This document shows, one piece after another, positions 57,072 to 64,000 of a stretch of DNA of 64,000 bases (its first letter is position 1; every line of letters starts with the position of its first letter). The notes beneath the pieces were generated by a model. That model was not told where the DNA came from. It did no database searches and was given only the letters and a program-made list of their open reading frames with translations. Source of the DNA: Burkholderiales bacterium (GTDB lineage Bacteria; Pseudomonadota; Gammaproteobacteria; Burkholderiales; SHXO01); assembly GCA_020854105.1 (NCBI GenBank), contig JADZGB010000002.1, positions 1,695 through 65,694 of the forward strand, read 5' to 3'. The position numbers were made by a program, and so were the translations under genes.

Positions 57072-58567
57072 GCCTGCTGCGCGAGGCCGTCCCCGACCTG
57101 CGCTGGCGGCGTTCGGTAGACGTGCGGCGCGAGGTCGCGGCAGGGCTGGTCGGGGCGCTGCTGGTCATTCCCCAGGCGATCACGTTTGCCTACGTCGCCG
57201 GGGTCGCGCCGGAGTACGGCCTGTACTGCGCGGTGTTCGTCGGCTTCCTCGCGAGCCTGCTGGGCAATTCGCCGATGGTGGGCGGACCGAACACCGCGGT
57301 CTCCATCCTCATCGGGCTAACCGTGCTGCCGTTCGCCGGACGCGGCTCGCCCCTGTACACCGAGCTGGTCCTGGCGCTGAGCCTGATGGTCGGCTTCATC
57401 CAGCTGCTGATGTGGCTCGGCCGCGCCGCCGCGCTGTTCCGCTATTTCAGTCCTGCGGCGATCATCGGCATCAAGGCCGGGGTGGGCGTGTGGCTGATCG
57501 CCTCCGCGCTGGAAGGCGCGACCGGCATGGGGCCGATGACGGTGAAGTTCCTGTACGAGAAGTTCTACATCGTGCTGGCCGGCTGGCAGGAACTGGTTAA
57601 TCCGTACGCGACACTGGTGAGCGGGGTGACGGTGGCGGCCGGCTTGCTGCTGCGCCGTCGCTGGCGCCGCAGCTACGTGGTACTCGCGGTGCTGATCGGC
57701 AGCATCGTGGGCGGGCTCGTCTACGGCTGGCTCGGCCCGGTCGATTCGGACCTCGAACTGCTCGGCCACGTCACCCTGGATGCGCTGCCGTTCCGGATCC
57801 CGACGCTCGGTCCGCCGCACTGGCTGTTTCTCGAGCTCGCGATCGCGCCGGCAATCGCCATCGCCATCCTCGGCTTGGCGCAGTCGCTCGTCATCGCGCG
57901 CGATCTGAAGTCCACGGTCGCTCCCCATCTCGATCTGCACAAGGAGGTGTTCGCGCAGGCGATGGCGAATGCGCTCGGTCCGTTCTTCTCCAGCTTCGCC
58001 GGATCGGGCAGCTTCAACCGCACCGCGATCGCGCTCGAGATGGGCGCGCGCACGCCGCTGTCCGGCATGGTGGCCGCGCTCGCGGTGGTGCTCATCGCCT
58101 GGTTGCTCGGGCCGGTGCTCACCTACCTGCCGATGCCGGTGGTGGCCGGCGTGATGGTGCTGGTGGGCATCGGCATGATCCAGCCGCGTGAGCTCCGCCC
58201 GATGCTGAACCGGATCGACGGCCCGGTGCTGCTGGTGACCCTGTTTGCCGTGATCTTCCTGGGCCTGGAGAGCGGCATCCTGGTCGCAGTAACGGCGTCG
58301 GTGATCTTCTTCGTGGCGAGCGCCTCGCAGGTCAGGCTGGCGATCTCGCACCAGGGCGAGGCCGAACACATCCGGGTGACGGGCAATCTGTTCTACGCCT
58401 CGATCGATCGGCTGGCGAAGCACCTGCACGCGAATCCCGCGGCCGTGACGTCGCTGGATCTGTCGCGCGTGCCGTTCCGCGACGCGACCGCGATGCAACT
58501 GATCGAGCGCATCCAGCGCGAGCGCGTCCGCTGTGGCGGGAAGCTGGAGGTGGTGGAAGAGGGGTGA
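57068..58567 (+). CDS. SulP-family anion (sulfate/bicarbonate-type) transporter with C-terminal STAS domain
   Basis: GALLVIPQAITFAYVAGVAPEYGLY N-terminal signature, polytopic core, STAS-like tail. ATGA overlap with the cytochrome gene. Confidence 0.88.
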   Translation: MSLLREAVPDLRWRRSVDVRREVAAGLVGALLVIPQAITFAYVAGVAPEYGLYCAVFVGFLASLLGNSPMVGGPNTAVSILIGLTVLPFAGRGSPLYTELVLALSLMVGFIQLLMWLGRAAALFRYFSPAAIIGIKAGVGVWLIASALEGATGMGPMTVKFLYEKFYIVLAGWQELVNPYATLVSGVTVAAGLLLRRRWRRSYVVLAVLIGSIVGGLVYGWLGPVDSDLELLGHVTLDALPFRIPTLGPPHWLFLELAIAPAIAIAILGLAQSLVIARDLKSTVAPHLDLHKEVFAQAMANALGPFFSSFAGSGSFNRTAIALEMGARTPLSGMVAALAVVLIAWLLGPVLTYLPMPVVAGVMVLVGIGMIQPRELRPMLNRIDGPVLLVTLFAVIFLGLESGILVAVTASVIFFVASASQVRLAISHQGEAEHIRVTGNLFYASIDRLAKHLHANPAAVTSLDLSRVPFRDATAMQLIERIQRERVRCGGKLEVVEEG

Positions 58568-58598
58568 GAGGCAGAAGGAGAAAGGCCTTGTCTGCTGG

Positions 58599-58698
58599 AG
58601 CTGGATCCCGGCGTTCGCCGGGATGACGGAAGTGAGCAGGAATGACAGATAACCGCCGCCCCGGCGAACGCCGGGGCCCAGCGAAAACGAAAAGGCCG
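58599..58698. repeat. REP-like composite element, array 7
   Basis: gctggatcccggcgttcgccgggatgacgg ... ccgccgccccggcgaacgccggggcccagcgaaaacgaaaaggcc. Confidence 0.85.
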
Positions 58699-58715
58699 TT
58701 CACAACCTGAACCGA

Positions 58716-59468
58716 TCACCCCCCCACCTTCGGCTGGTGATAGAACCTCACCACCTGCACGATCGGATCGTTCGTACTGCTCACGAACCCGCGCAGCACC
58801 AGCCGGTAGCGGCCCGCCGGTACGGCCGAGGCTCCAGTCCATTTCACCGCGAACGGCCTGCCGCCCGCCTGGCGGCCGAAGTCCTGCGAGAACACCGCCC
58901 GATCACCGGACTCCGGAAAGATCGACGCCTTCAGCACCGATTCCTCGCGCACGCGGAAATAGAACACGTACGAGTCCGCCGAACGGGGCGGATCGGACTG
59001 ATACAGCACCACCGGCGCCACCGCTTCGTCGGCGCTGGGATTGGGCTTGTCCAGTCGCGCCACCACGCCCAGATCGTGCGGCTGCAGGCCACGCAGCTGC
59101 TTGAGGACTTCGCCGGTTGGCCACTCGAAGGTGTTGCCGAAACCGGCGCGCCACGGATCGTGCGGTTCGACCCGGTCCAGCCAGTAGTAATGCTTGTAGT
59201 CGAGTTCGCGCACGACCAGATTGACGCTTCGCTGGCGATCGAGGTAGAAGCGCGCGTGCAGTCGCTCCCCGAGGTCAGGCGCGTCCTCGTGATAGTCGAT
59301 CTGGGCAGCGAGCAGTTCCACGTCGAAGCCGGACACGGGCTTGGGCTTGATGCCCTCGAATCGGTTGTCGCGCTTCTGGTACTGCAGGGAATCCTGCGCG
59401 TGCAGCGCCGGGCTGAGCGCGAGTGCAGCCAGCACGATGGCAACGACGTACGGGCCGAGTCTGGACAT
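58716..59468 (-). CDS. Secreted hypothetical protein (250 aa)
   Basis: The ATG at 59468 is preceded by GAGGAGG. Signal peptide MSRLGPYVVAIVLAALALSPALHA; no motif recognised. Confidence 0.65.
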   Translation of the reverse strand: MSRLGPYVVAIVLAALALSPALHAQDSLQYQKRDNRFEGIKPKPVSGFDVELLAAQIDYHEDAPDLGERLHARFYLDRQRSVNLVVRELDYKHYYWLDRVEPHDPWRAGFGNTFEWPTGEVLKQLRGLQPHDLGVVARLDKPNPSADEAVAPVVLYQSDPPRSADSYVFYFRVREESVLKASIFPESGDRAVFSQDFGRQAGGRPFAVKWTGASAVPAGRYRLVLRGFVSSTNDPIVQVVRFYHQPKVGG

Positions 59469-59590
59469 GGCGCACCTCCTCACGGCAAGGATCCGCGGGC
59501 CGAGCAGAGGAGCCTAGCTTACCGTCTGCAGAGCGCAGTGGCGAAAAAGTGCGTGACGATTGTTGGACTCGCGCGGAGATGATGAAGAGG

Positions 59591-59700
59591 CCGTCGCCCC
59601 GGCGAACGCCGGGGCCCAGCGCAACAGAGAAGGCTCTGGATCCAGGCTTCCGCCGGGATGACGGAATCGTAGGCTTCTGTCTGAATGACGGCTTCCGCCG
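59591..59700. repeat. REP-like composite element, array 8
   Basis: ccgtcgccccggcgaacgccggggcccagcgcaacagagaaggc, ctggatccaggcttccgccgggatgacgg. Confidence 0.85.
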
Positions 59701-59723
59701 TCCTTTCCCTCACCAGGCCGTCG

Positions 59724-59972
59724 TCACTTGCGGCCGTAGGTTTCCTCGGCTTTCGTCATGTTGCCCGACGCATCTGCCATGAACTTGCCCTTGGCCTCAG
59801 GGCTGCTGAAGCAATAGGTCTTTCCGTTGATCTGCTCGCTCACCGAGCAGTCGGTCTTCACGTGCTTGCCCAGGGAAAGGCCGTACGCGCATTCCTGGTC
59901 GAACTCGCCTTTGGCAGCGAAGGCGGTAGCGGCGAGCATGGACATCGCAATCGCGATCAGGGTCTTCTTCAT
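59724..59972 (-). CDS. Small secreted protein (82 aa), YHS/TRASH-like
   Basis: Signal peptide MKKTLIAIAMSMLAATAFA. The mature part has 3 Cys and a GKTYCFSSPEAKGKF block reminiscent of YHS domains. Confidence 0.6.
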   Translation of the reverse strand: MKKTLIAIAMSMLAATAFAAKGEFDQECAYGLSLGKHVKTDCSVSEQINGKTYCFSSPEAKGKFMADASGNMTKAEETYGRK

Positions 59973-60148
59973 GACAGTGTCTCCGTGGTCGAGAAACGAC
60001 AGCTTCGTCATCGAAAGCCATGACGAAGGCTCGATGCGGCTTCCTGCCGATGAGGCGGGTGCGGCGAGTCCGGCATCGGAGCGCGAGGTGACTCGCAAGC
60101 AGCGTACCCAGTTCACCGGTCGGTGACCGGCACGCCCGAAACAGAGCC

Positions 60149-60285
60149 GTTACACGCCCATACAAACTGTTTCTGCGGCGACAAAGGCGGGTTACCTCGG
60201 GTGCGTAGAGTGGCAACCGTACTGAACACGGACTCGAACACCGGTTCGGACGGAAGCGCCCACTCAACCAACCCAGGAGATGACC
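60149..60285 (+). promoter_or_regulatory. Conserved 5' leader, copy 1 (candidate cis-regulatory RNA/operator) of the small-peptide gene
   Basis: Aligns by eye along its whole length with 63567-63700, with substitutions that keep potential stems. Confidence 0.4.
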
Positions 60286-60513
60286 ATGAACGCCAAGACC
60301 ATTCTTTTCGCCATCGCGATCGTCGCATCCGCAAACACCTTCGCCGCCGGCCGCGACAGCGTGTACGCCCAGCCCGGCACGGCCGTGAGGATGTCCACGA
60401 AGGCGATCGTTTCGGTTCAGGGCCGCAGCAGCGTATATGCGAAGGATCTGCCTGTGGTGATGAAGTCGACCCGTCAGGCGACGATGTCCAGCGGGAAGTT
60501 CGGTCGCGCGTGA
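60286..60513 (+). CDS. Small secreted peptide, paralog 1 (GRDSVYA / GRSSVYAKDLP / GRA motifs)
   Basis: MNAKTILFAIAIVASANTFA signal. Start chosen by homology with paralog 2 and spacing from AGGAGA (the ORF-track start at 60280 is 2 codons earlier). Confidence 0.7.
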   Translation: MNAKTILFAIAIVASANTFAAGRDSVYAQPGTAVRMSTKAIVSVQGRSSVYAKDLPVVMKSTRQATMSSGKFGRA

Positions 60514-60554
60514 TGGCGGCGAGAGCGCGGGCCTGGAAGGGTCCGCGCCGCGTC

Positions 60555-60989
60555 TCAACGCTTCTTCGACGGGGCGTAGCGCACGTCGATGCGGTAGTCC
60601 ATGCGCAGACTGCACGGTACCGGCTGACTCTCGGGGGGCTCCATGTGCCCCGGACATTCGAGCGTGCCGCTCGCACTGACTTTTCCCGCCTTGAGCGCCT
60701 TGATCACCACTTCCTCCAGCCGGAAGCCGCCGTGCAGACACAGCGTGCGCGGACAGGCGAAGGCGAAGAACGCCTTGGCGGCGGGGAAGATGATGTGCTG
60801 TCTGGGCGAGTAGTGACCGAGGCTGATCGGATCGACGAAAGTCGAGGCAATCAGCAGTTCCTCCACTTTCGGAAACAGTTCGCCCATCGTGCCCGCCTGC
60901 GCATAGGCGTGGCGCCACTGCTCTGACTGGCGTTTGAACGTGTCGGTATTTCTGCCGCCGCGATCCGGCGTGCTGAATCGCATCACCAT
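60555..60989 (-). CDS. Hypothetical protein (144 aa), Cys/His-containing
   Basis: Coding-like ORF directly downstream of the 76-aa ORF on the same strand. Contains CPRTLCLHGG and ECPGH. Confidence 0.5.
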   Translation of the reverse strand: MVMRFSTPDRGGRNTDTFKRQSEQWRHAYAQAGTMGELFPKVEELLIASTFVDPISLGHYSPRQHIIFPAAKAFFAFACPRTLCLHGGFRLEEVVIKALKAGKVSASGTLECPGHMEPPESQPVPCSLRMDYRIDVRYAPSKKR

Positions 60990-61006
60990 GTTCCTTTACG
61001 GCACGC

Positions 61007-61237
61007 TCAACGCCACCCCCTGCGTCCGACCAGGTGGTAATCGCCGCCGTGCGAGCTGCTGCGACGGCCGCTCTCGGGCGAGGATGGCGGGGGCGCGAAA
61101 TGCGTGCACCAGTCGTGGTCGAAGCGAATCACTCGCGAAGCGGTCTCCGGCGCGTCGGCAGTAGCGGGGAAGGTGAGGGTGAATCCGTCGGTGAACGCGC
61201 AGGCGCGCTTGCCGTAGGGCTCTCGAGATGGCTTCAT
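61007..61237 (-). CDS. Hypothetical small protein (76 aa)
   Basis: The ATG at 61237 is preceded by a strong AGGAGG. The longer ORF to 61450 has no RBS and an odd N-terminus. Confidence 0.45.
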   Translation of the reverse strand: MKPSREPYGKRACAFTDGFTLTFPATADAPETASRVIRFDHDWCTHFAPPPSSPESGRRSSSHGGDYHLVGRRGWR

Positions 61238-61507
61238 GTTTGGACCTCCTGTGAATCCCCGAACGCGACGAGCCGGCAGAACTGTCCGGCCAAGGGGATC
61301 TGCGAAGCCGACTGAACCGATACACCGAGGCTGCGCCTTTTCGCGGGCGAATTCAAGGGAAATCTTGGCGACAGGCCAGCGCAGCGCGCACGAAACGGCG
61401 CATTTCGCGTGTACCGCTTGCAATATCAGCGAAATGGCTCCATAAAGCAAGGCTTGCCGCGTTGACCGAGGGCCGGCCTCGCCTCGTCCTCGTCGACGTG
61501 ATTCAAT

Positions 61508-61555
61508 TTCACCCGGTCAAGGTTATCCCACTTCACCCGATCAAGGTTATCCCAC
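61508..61555 (+). repeat. Two tandem 24-bp direct repeats (TTCACCCGRTCAAGGTTATCCCAC) abutting the start codon of the 79-aa ORF
   Basis: Units at 61508-61531 and 61532-61555 differ at one position. ATG at 61557. Confidence 0.85.
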
Positions 61556-61556
61556 G

Positions 61557-61796
61557 ATGAGAGTAAGCACCGATCCCGATTATCTCAGCGCCCGCGCCGC
61601 GCAACTGGCCAAGTACGAGGCCGAGCGCGACCAGGCAATCAAGAAGAACGACAAGGGCGAGTACAAGGAAGGCGAGTTCGAGCGCGTGCGCGATGCGCAG
61701 CGGCACGAGTATGCGATCGCGATGAGCCGCTGGTACGCCGAGTTCACGCTCCGCGAGACCAAGCAGGCGCAGGCAGCGGCTGCAGGCAATCTGTGA
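61557..61796 (+). CDS. Hypothetical small helical protein (79 aa)
   Basis: Charged, helix-prone sequence (AAQLAKYEAERDQAIKKNDKGEYKEGEFERVRDAQRHEY); no motif recognised. Confidence 0.45.
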   Translation: MRVSTDPDYLSARAAQLAKYEAERDQAIKKNDKGEYKEGEFERVRDAQRHEYAIAMSRWYAEFTLRETKQAQAAAAGNL

Positions 61797-61810
61797 GAGG
61801 TGCCTTGGCG

Positions 61811-62045
61811 GCTAGCTGCGCCGGGATGACGGAAGCGCCGTCGTATCGGCGGATGTAAAGCTTGCCCCGGGTTGCCTACTGTAAATCCGGGGCCGGTGCC
61901 CAGCTATAACGAGAAAGCCCCTTCTCTGTTCTCGCTGGATCCCGGCTTTCGCCGGGATGGCGGAGAAGACGAATTAATCGCGGCGTTCGCCGCGATGACG
62001 ATGTCGAGTCGTACGCCTAGGATGACGAGATCCAGGCGTTCGCCA
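61811..62045. repeat. REP-like composite element, array 9 (largest, with degenerate units)
   Basis: gctgcgccgggatgacgg, ctgtaaatccggggccggtgcc, gctggatcccggctttcgccgggatggcgg, aatcgcggcgttcgccgcgatgacg, gatccaggcgttcgcc. Confidence 0.8.
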
Positions 62046-62050
62046 TCTCG

Positions 62051-62701
62051 CTACTGCCTCACGAACTTCATCTTCATCGCCTCGCCCTCGGGTGCGCCTT
62101 CCAGCACATTGCCCTTGCGCGTGAGCACCAGCGGTGCACCGCCGTCGGGATCGGACACGGTCACCTTGTCGCCGACCACCTTGTACGTGGCGTCGCGCGC
62201 ATCCGATGGTGTCTGGGAGCCGGCCACGAGAATGCGCACCTTGCTTGCAGGCCGGAAGTCGAGCACCACATTGACCTTCGCGTCGCCTGCCTTGTACTTG
62301 CCTGACAGCGCGGCGCCCTTGGAACTTCCGAAGGCGGCCGTCGCACCTGGCTTAGTCCCGGCCGGCGTACCCGGCTTCGCCGCGGCCGCTGAACCGCCGC
62401 CCTTGCAGTAGGTGCCCAGCGGCCCGCCGCCGACCACGCAGCCCTTGTCGTCCAGGGTGAAGACGTTGGTCTCGTTTCCCACCGTGATAAGCACTTCCTT
62501 GCCATCGACCTCGTACGTGCCGACCTTGGTCATGCCCATGAAGGTCACGTACACCTTTCCGCCGGAGCGGAAGCTCAGCTTCTCGAAGAGGCTGGTGCCG
62601 ACCTGCTGGTAATCGCCATCCAGCCGGGCGGCGAGGGCCGGCAGCGCGACACAGACGCAGCCGAGCAGAGCGAGGAAGCGGATGGCGATGCAGGCCGGCA
62701 T
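62051..62701 (-). CDS. Secreted hypothetical protein with two copies of a ~70-aa beta-rich module
   Basis: Signal/lipobox-like N-terminus (FLALLGCVCVALPALA). The modules start LDGDYQQ.. and LSGKYKAG.. and are separated by a Gly/Ala/Pro linker. Confidence 0.7.
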   Translation of the reverse strand: MPACIAIRFLALLGCVCVALPALAARLDGDYQQVGTSLFEKLSFRSGGKVYVTFMGMTKVGTYEVDGKEVLITVGNETNVFTLDDKGCVVGGGPLGTYCKGGGSAAAAKPGTPAGTKPGATAAFGSSKGAALSGKYKAGDAKVNVVLDFRPASKVRILVAGSQTPSDARDATYKVVGDKVTVSDPDGGAPLVLTRKGNVLEGAPEGEAMKMKFVRQ

Positions 62702-62721
62702 GATGGTCTCTCCCGTTGTTC

Positions 62722-63453
62722 CTACTTCTTCTTCATCCGCGCGACGAACGAATCCGGCGGTCCGCGCAGCGCGCCGTCGTCATCGACCTTGAACTGCAGG
62801 TCCTCGTCGTCGCACGTGAGGACGACGAGCATCGCCGTTCCCTTGTGCGTGCACTCCATTGTCAGGCCCTGCATCGACATGAAGGCGACGCCCTTGGGCT
62901 TGAACTCGATCTGCACGCCGCCGTCTGCATTCGCGTAGGTGCCCGCGAGGGGAGATGGACCCGATGCAGCAGTCCGGGCCGGCGCCGCGGCAGCGGGTTC
63001 GGCGTCCGCGGCGGCCGGCACGGCGCCGTCCTTCGCCAGCTTCAACTCCCTGCACTCGGCCCAGCCGACCGTGCCCGGCGCCTCGAGCTGGCACCAGGCG
63101 CCGTTCACCTTGACCACCTTGGCGCGCAATATCGTGCCTTGCGTGCGCAGGTCTACCACCTCACCCGCCTTGAACGCTGCGGCCGGTTTCCCGCCGCGCT
63201 GCAGCAGACGCAGCTTGCTCGCGTGCACCGGCACCTCGCCGGCACCGGGGACCGACAGCACCACGTAGCCGGACTCGTCCGGTCCGACCGTGACCTCGCC
63301 CACCGTGGGCCCCATGCCGCTCACGTACTCTGCCAGATCGCCGAGCGCGAGCGGTCCCTTGGACGGCTTGGGCTCCGCCGCATGCGCGGATACGGAAAAC
63401 AGGAGCAACACGAGACACTGCACTACGAGCGGGACAACACGGGGACAGCGCAT
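62722..63453 (-). CDS. Secreted hypothetical protein: SH3/Tudor-like N-domain + one copy of the same ~70-aa module
   Basis: The ATG at 63453 is preceded by GAGGAGA. Signal peptide VVPLVVQCLVLLLFSVSAHA. The C-terminal module (LAGTYANADGGVQIEFKPKG...) is related to the modules of the neighbouring gene. Confidence 0.7.
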   Translation of the reverse strand: MRCPRVVPLVVQCLVLLLFSVSAHAAEPKPSKGPLALGDLAEYVSGMGPTVGEVTVGPDESGYVVLSVPGAGEVPVHASKLRLLQRGGKPAAAFKAGEVVDLRTQGTILRAKVVKVNGAWCQLEAPGTVGWAECRELKLAKDGAVPAAADAEPAAAAPARTAASGPSPLAGTYANADGGVQIEFKPKGVAFMSMQGLTMECTHKGTAMLVVLTCDDEDLQFKVDDDGALRGPPDSFVARMKKK

Positions 63454-63566
63454 GGAGGTCTCCTCGGGTTGGTCTTCTTGGAAGGATGGCGCCTCGGCTG
63501 GGGGGACGCAGCCGGCAGCATGATGCGCCCGAATCGATGCGCGCGCCATTCAGTGGAAACACTGGT

Positions 63567-63700
63567 GTTACACAGCCATACGAACTGTTTCCCGCCCGAC
63601 AGAAGCGGGTTACCCGCGGTGCGTAGAGTGACAACCGTGCCGAACACGATCTGGAACACCCGGTTCGGACAGTGAAGTCCACTCAACCCAGGAGACGATC
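63567..63700 (+). promoter_or_regulatory. Conserved 5' leader, copy 2 (candidate cis-regulatory RNA/operator)
   Basis: Homologous to 60149-60285; same GAAACA...TGTTTC inverted repeat and CYGAAC...GTTCGG stem. Confidence 0.4.
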
Positions 63701-63928
63701 ATGAACGCCAAGTCCATCCTCTTCATCGCAGCCATCGCAGCCTCCACCAGCACGTTCGCCGCAGGGCGCGACAGCGTGTATGCCCAGCCCGGCCAGAGCG
63801 TCGGCAAGTCCACGAAAGTCACGGTCACGGCGCAAGGGCGCAGCAGCGTGTACGCGAAGGATCTGCCCGCGCCGCGCCGTTCCACCGGCTACGCGCAGTC
63901 CACGATGACCAAGCCCGGGCGTGCGTGA
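63701..63928 (+). CDS. Small secreted peptide, paralog 2
   Basis: MNAKSILFIAAIAASTSTFA signal; GRDSVYAQPG, GRSSVYAKDLP, C-terminal PGRA. AGGAGA RBS. Confidence 0.7.
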   Translation: MNAKSILFIAAIAASTSTFAAGRDSVYAQPGQSVGKSTKVTVTAQGRSSVYAKDLPAPRRSTGYAQSTMTKPGRA

Positions 63929-63947
63929 TGCGCAGCGCCTCGGACCA

Positions 63948-63975
63948 CAGCCCGCTTCGGCGGGCTGTTTTGTTT
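63948..63975 (+). terminator. Rho-independent terminator after paralog 2
   Basis: cagcccgc-ttcg-gcgggctg followed by ttttgttt. Confidence 0.8.
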
Positions 63976-64000
63976 GGAACCCCGGAAGAACTCCCGTACA

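Noticed and set aside
50577-62045. REP arrays as possible CRISPR arrays
   Set aside because: The units are internally palindromic, of three different types, irregularly spaced, in mixed orientation and without unique spacers of constant length. No cas genes are present in the window.
61872-62411. 179-aa plus-strand ORF (and other ORFs translating as ..PAFAGMT.., ..RRPGESRGP..)
   Set aside because: It starts inside REP array 9 and then runs antisense to the secreted-protein gene. Such peptides are the known translation artefact of REP palindromes.
1-64000. Search for tRNA/rRNA genes, integrases, transposases and prophage boundaries
   Set aside because: I found no T-loop/acceptor-stem candidates, no rRNA-like conserved stretches, and no recombinase or transposase motifs in any frame. 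The accessory-looking 50-64 kb region is therefore not demonstrably a mobile island from this window alone.

Overview
High-GC (about two-thirds G+C by eye) proteobacterial chromosomal segment. Housekeeping synteny (dut-coaBC-radC, rpmB-rpmG, purM-purN, hda, pcnB-folK-dNK-panC, bioB) looks beta-proteobacterial (inference). I support about 66 protein genes. I saw no rRNA, tRNA, CRISPR array, transposase or integrase. Recognisable modules: (i) PQQ alcohol dehydrogenase + MoxJ-like binding protein + four-Cys cytochrome c550; (ii) a GldF/GldG-type ABC exporter operon; (iii) a methanethiol-oxidase (SBP56) - SCO1 - MauG cluster followed directly by DUF2946 - TonB-dependent receptor - PepSY genes; (iv) a sugar-acid dehydratase cluster; (v) a molybdopterin oxidoreductase; (vi) a TsdA-like dihaem cytochrome + SulP transporter. 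The last third of the window (about 50-64 kb) is the accessory-looking part. It holds many signal-peptide proteins of unknown function and is peppered with a composite REP-like palindromic repeat family; one copy sits in-frame inside a methyltransferase gene. The best candidate for an undescribed system is a translationally coupled pair at 51.2-53.9 kb. It combines an N-terminal TIR-domain protein with two TM helices around a large unknown periplasmic domain, and a secreted trypsin-fold serine protease with a Cys-containing C-terminal domain. Second is a pair of paralogous small secreted-peptide genes (60.3 and 63.7 kb), each preceded by a conserved ~135-150-nt leader that may be a cis-regulatory RNA. 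All calls come from reading the translations and sequence by eye; no searches were run.
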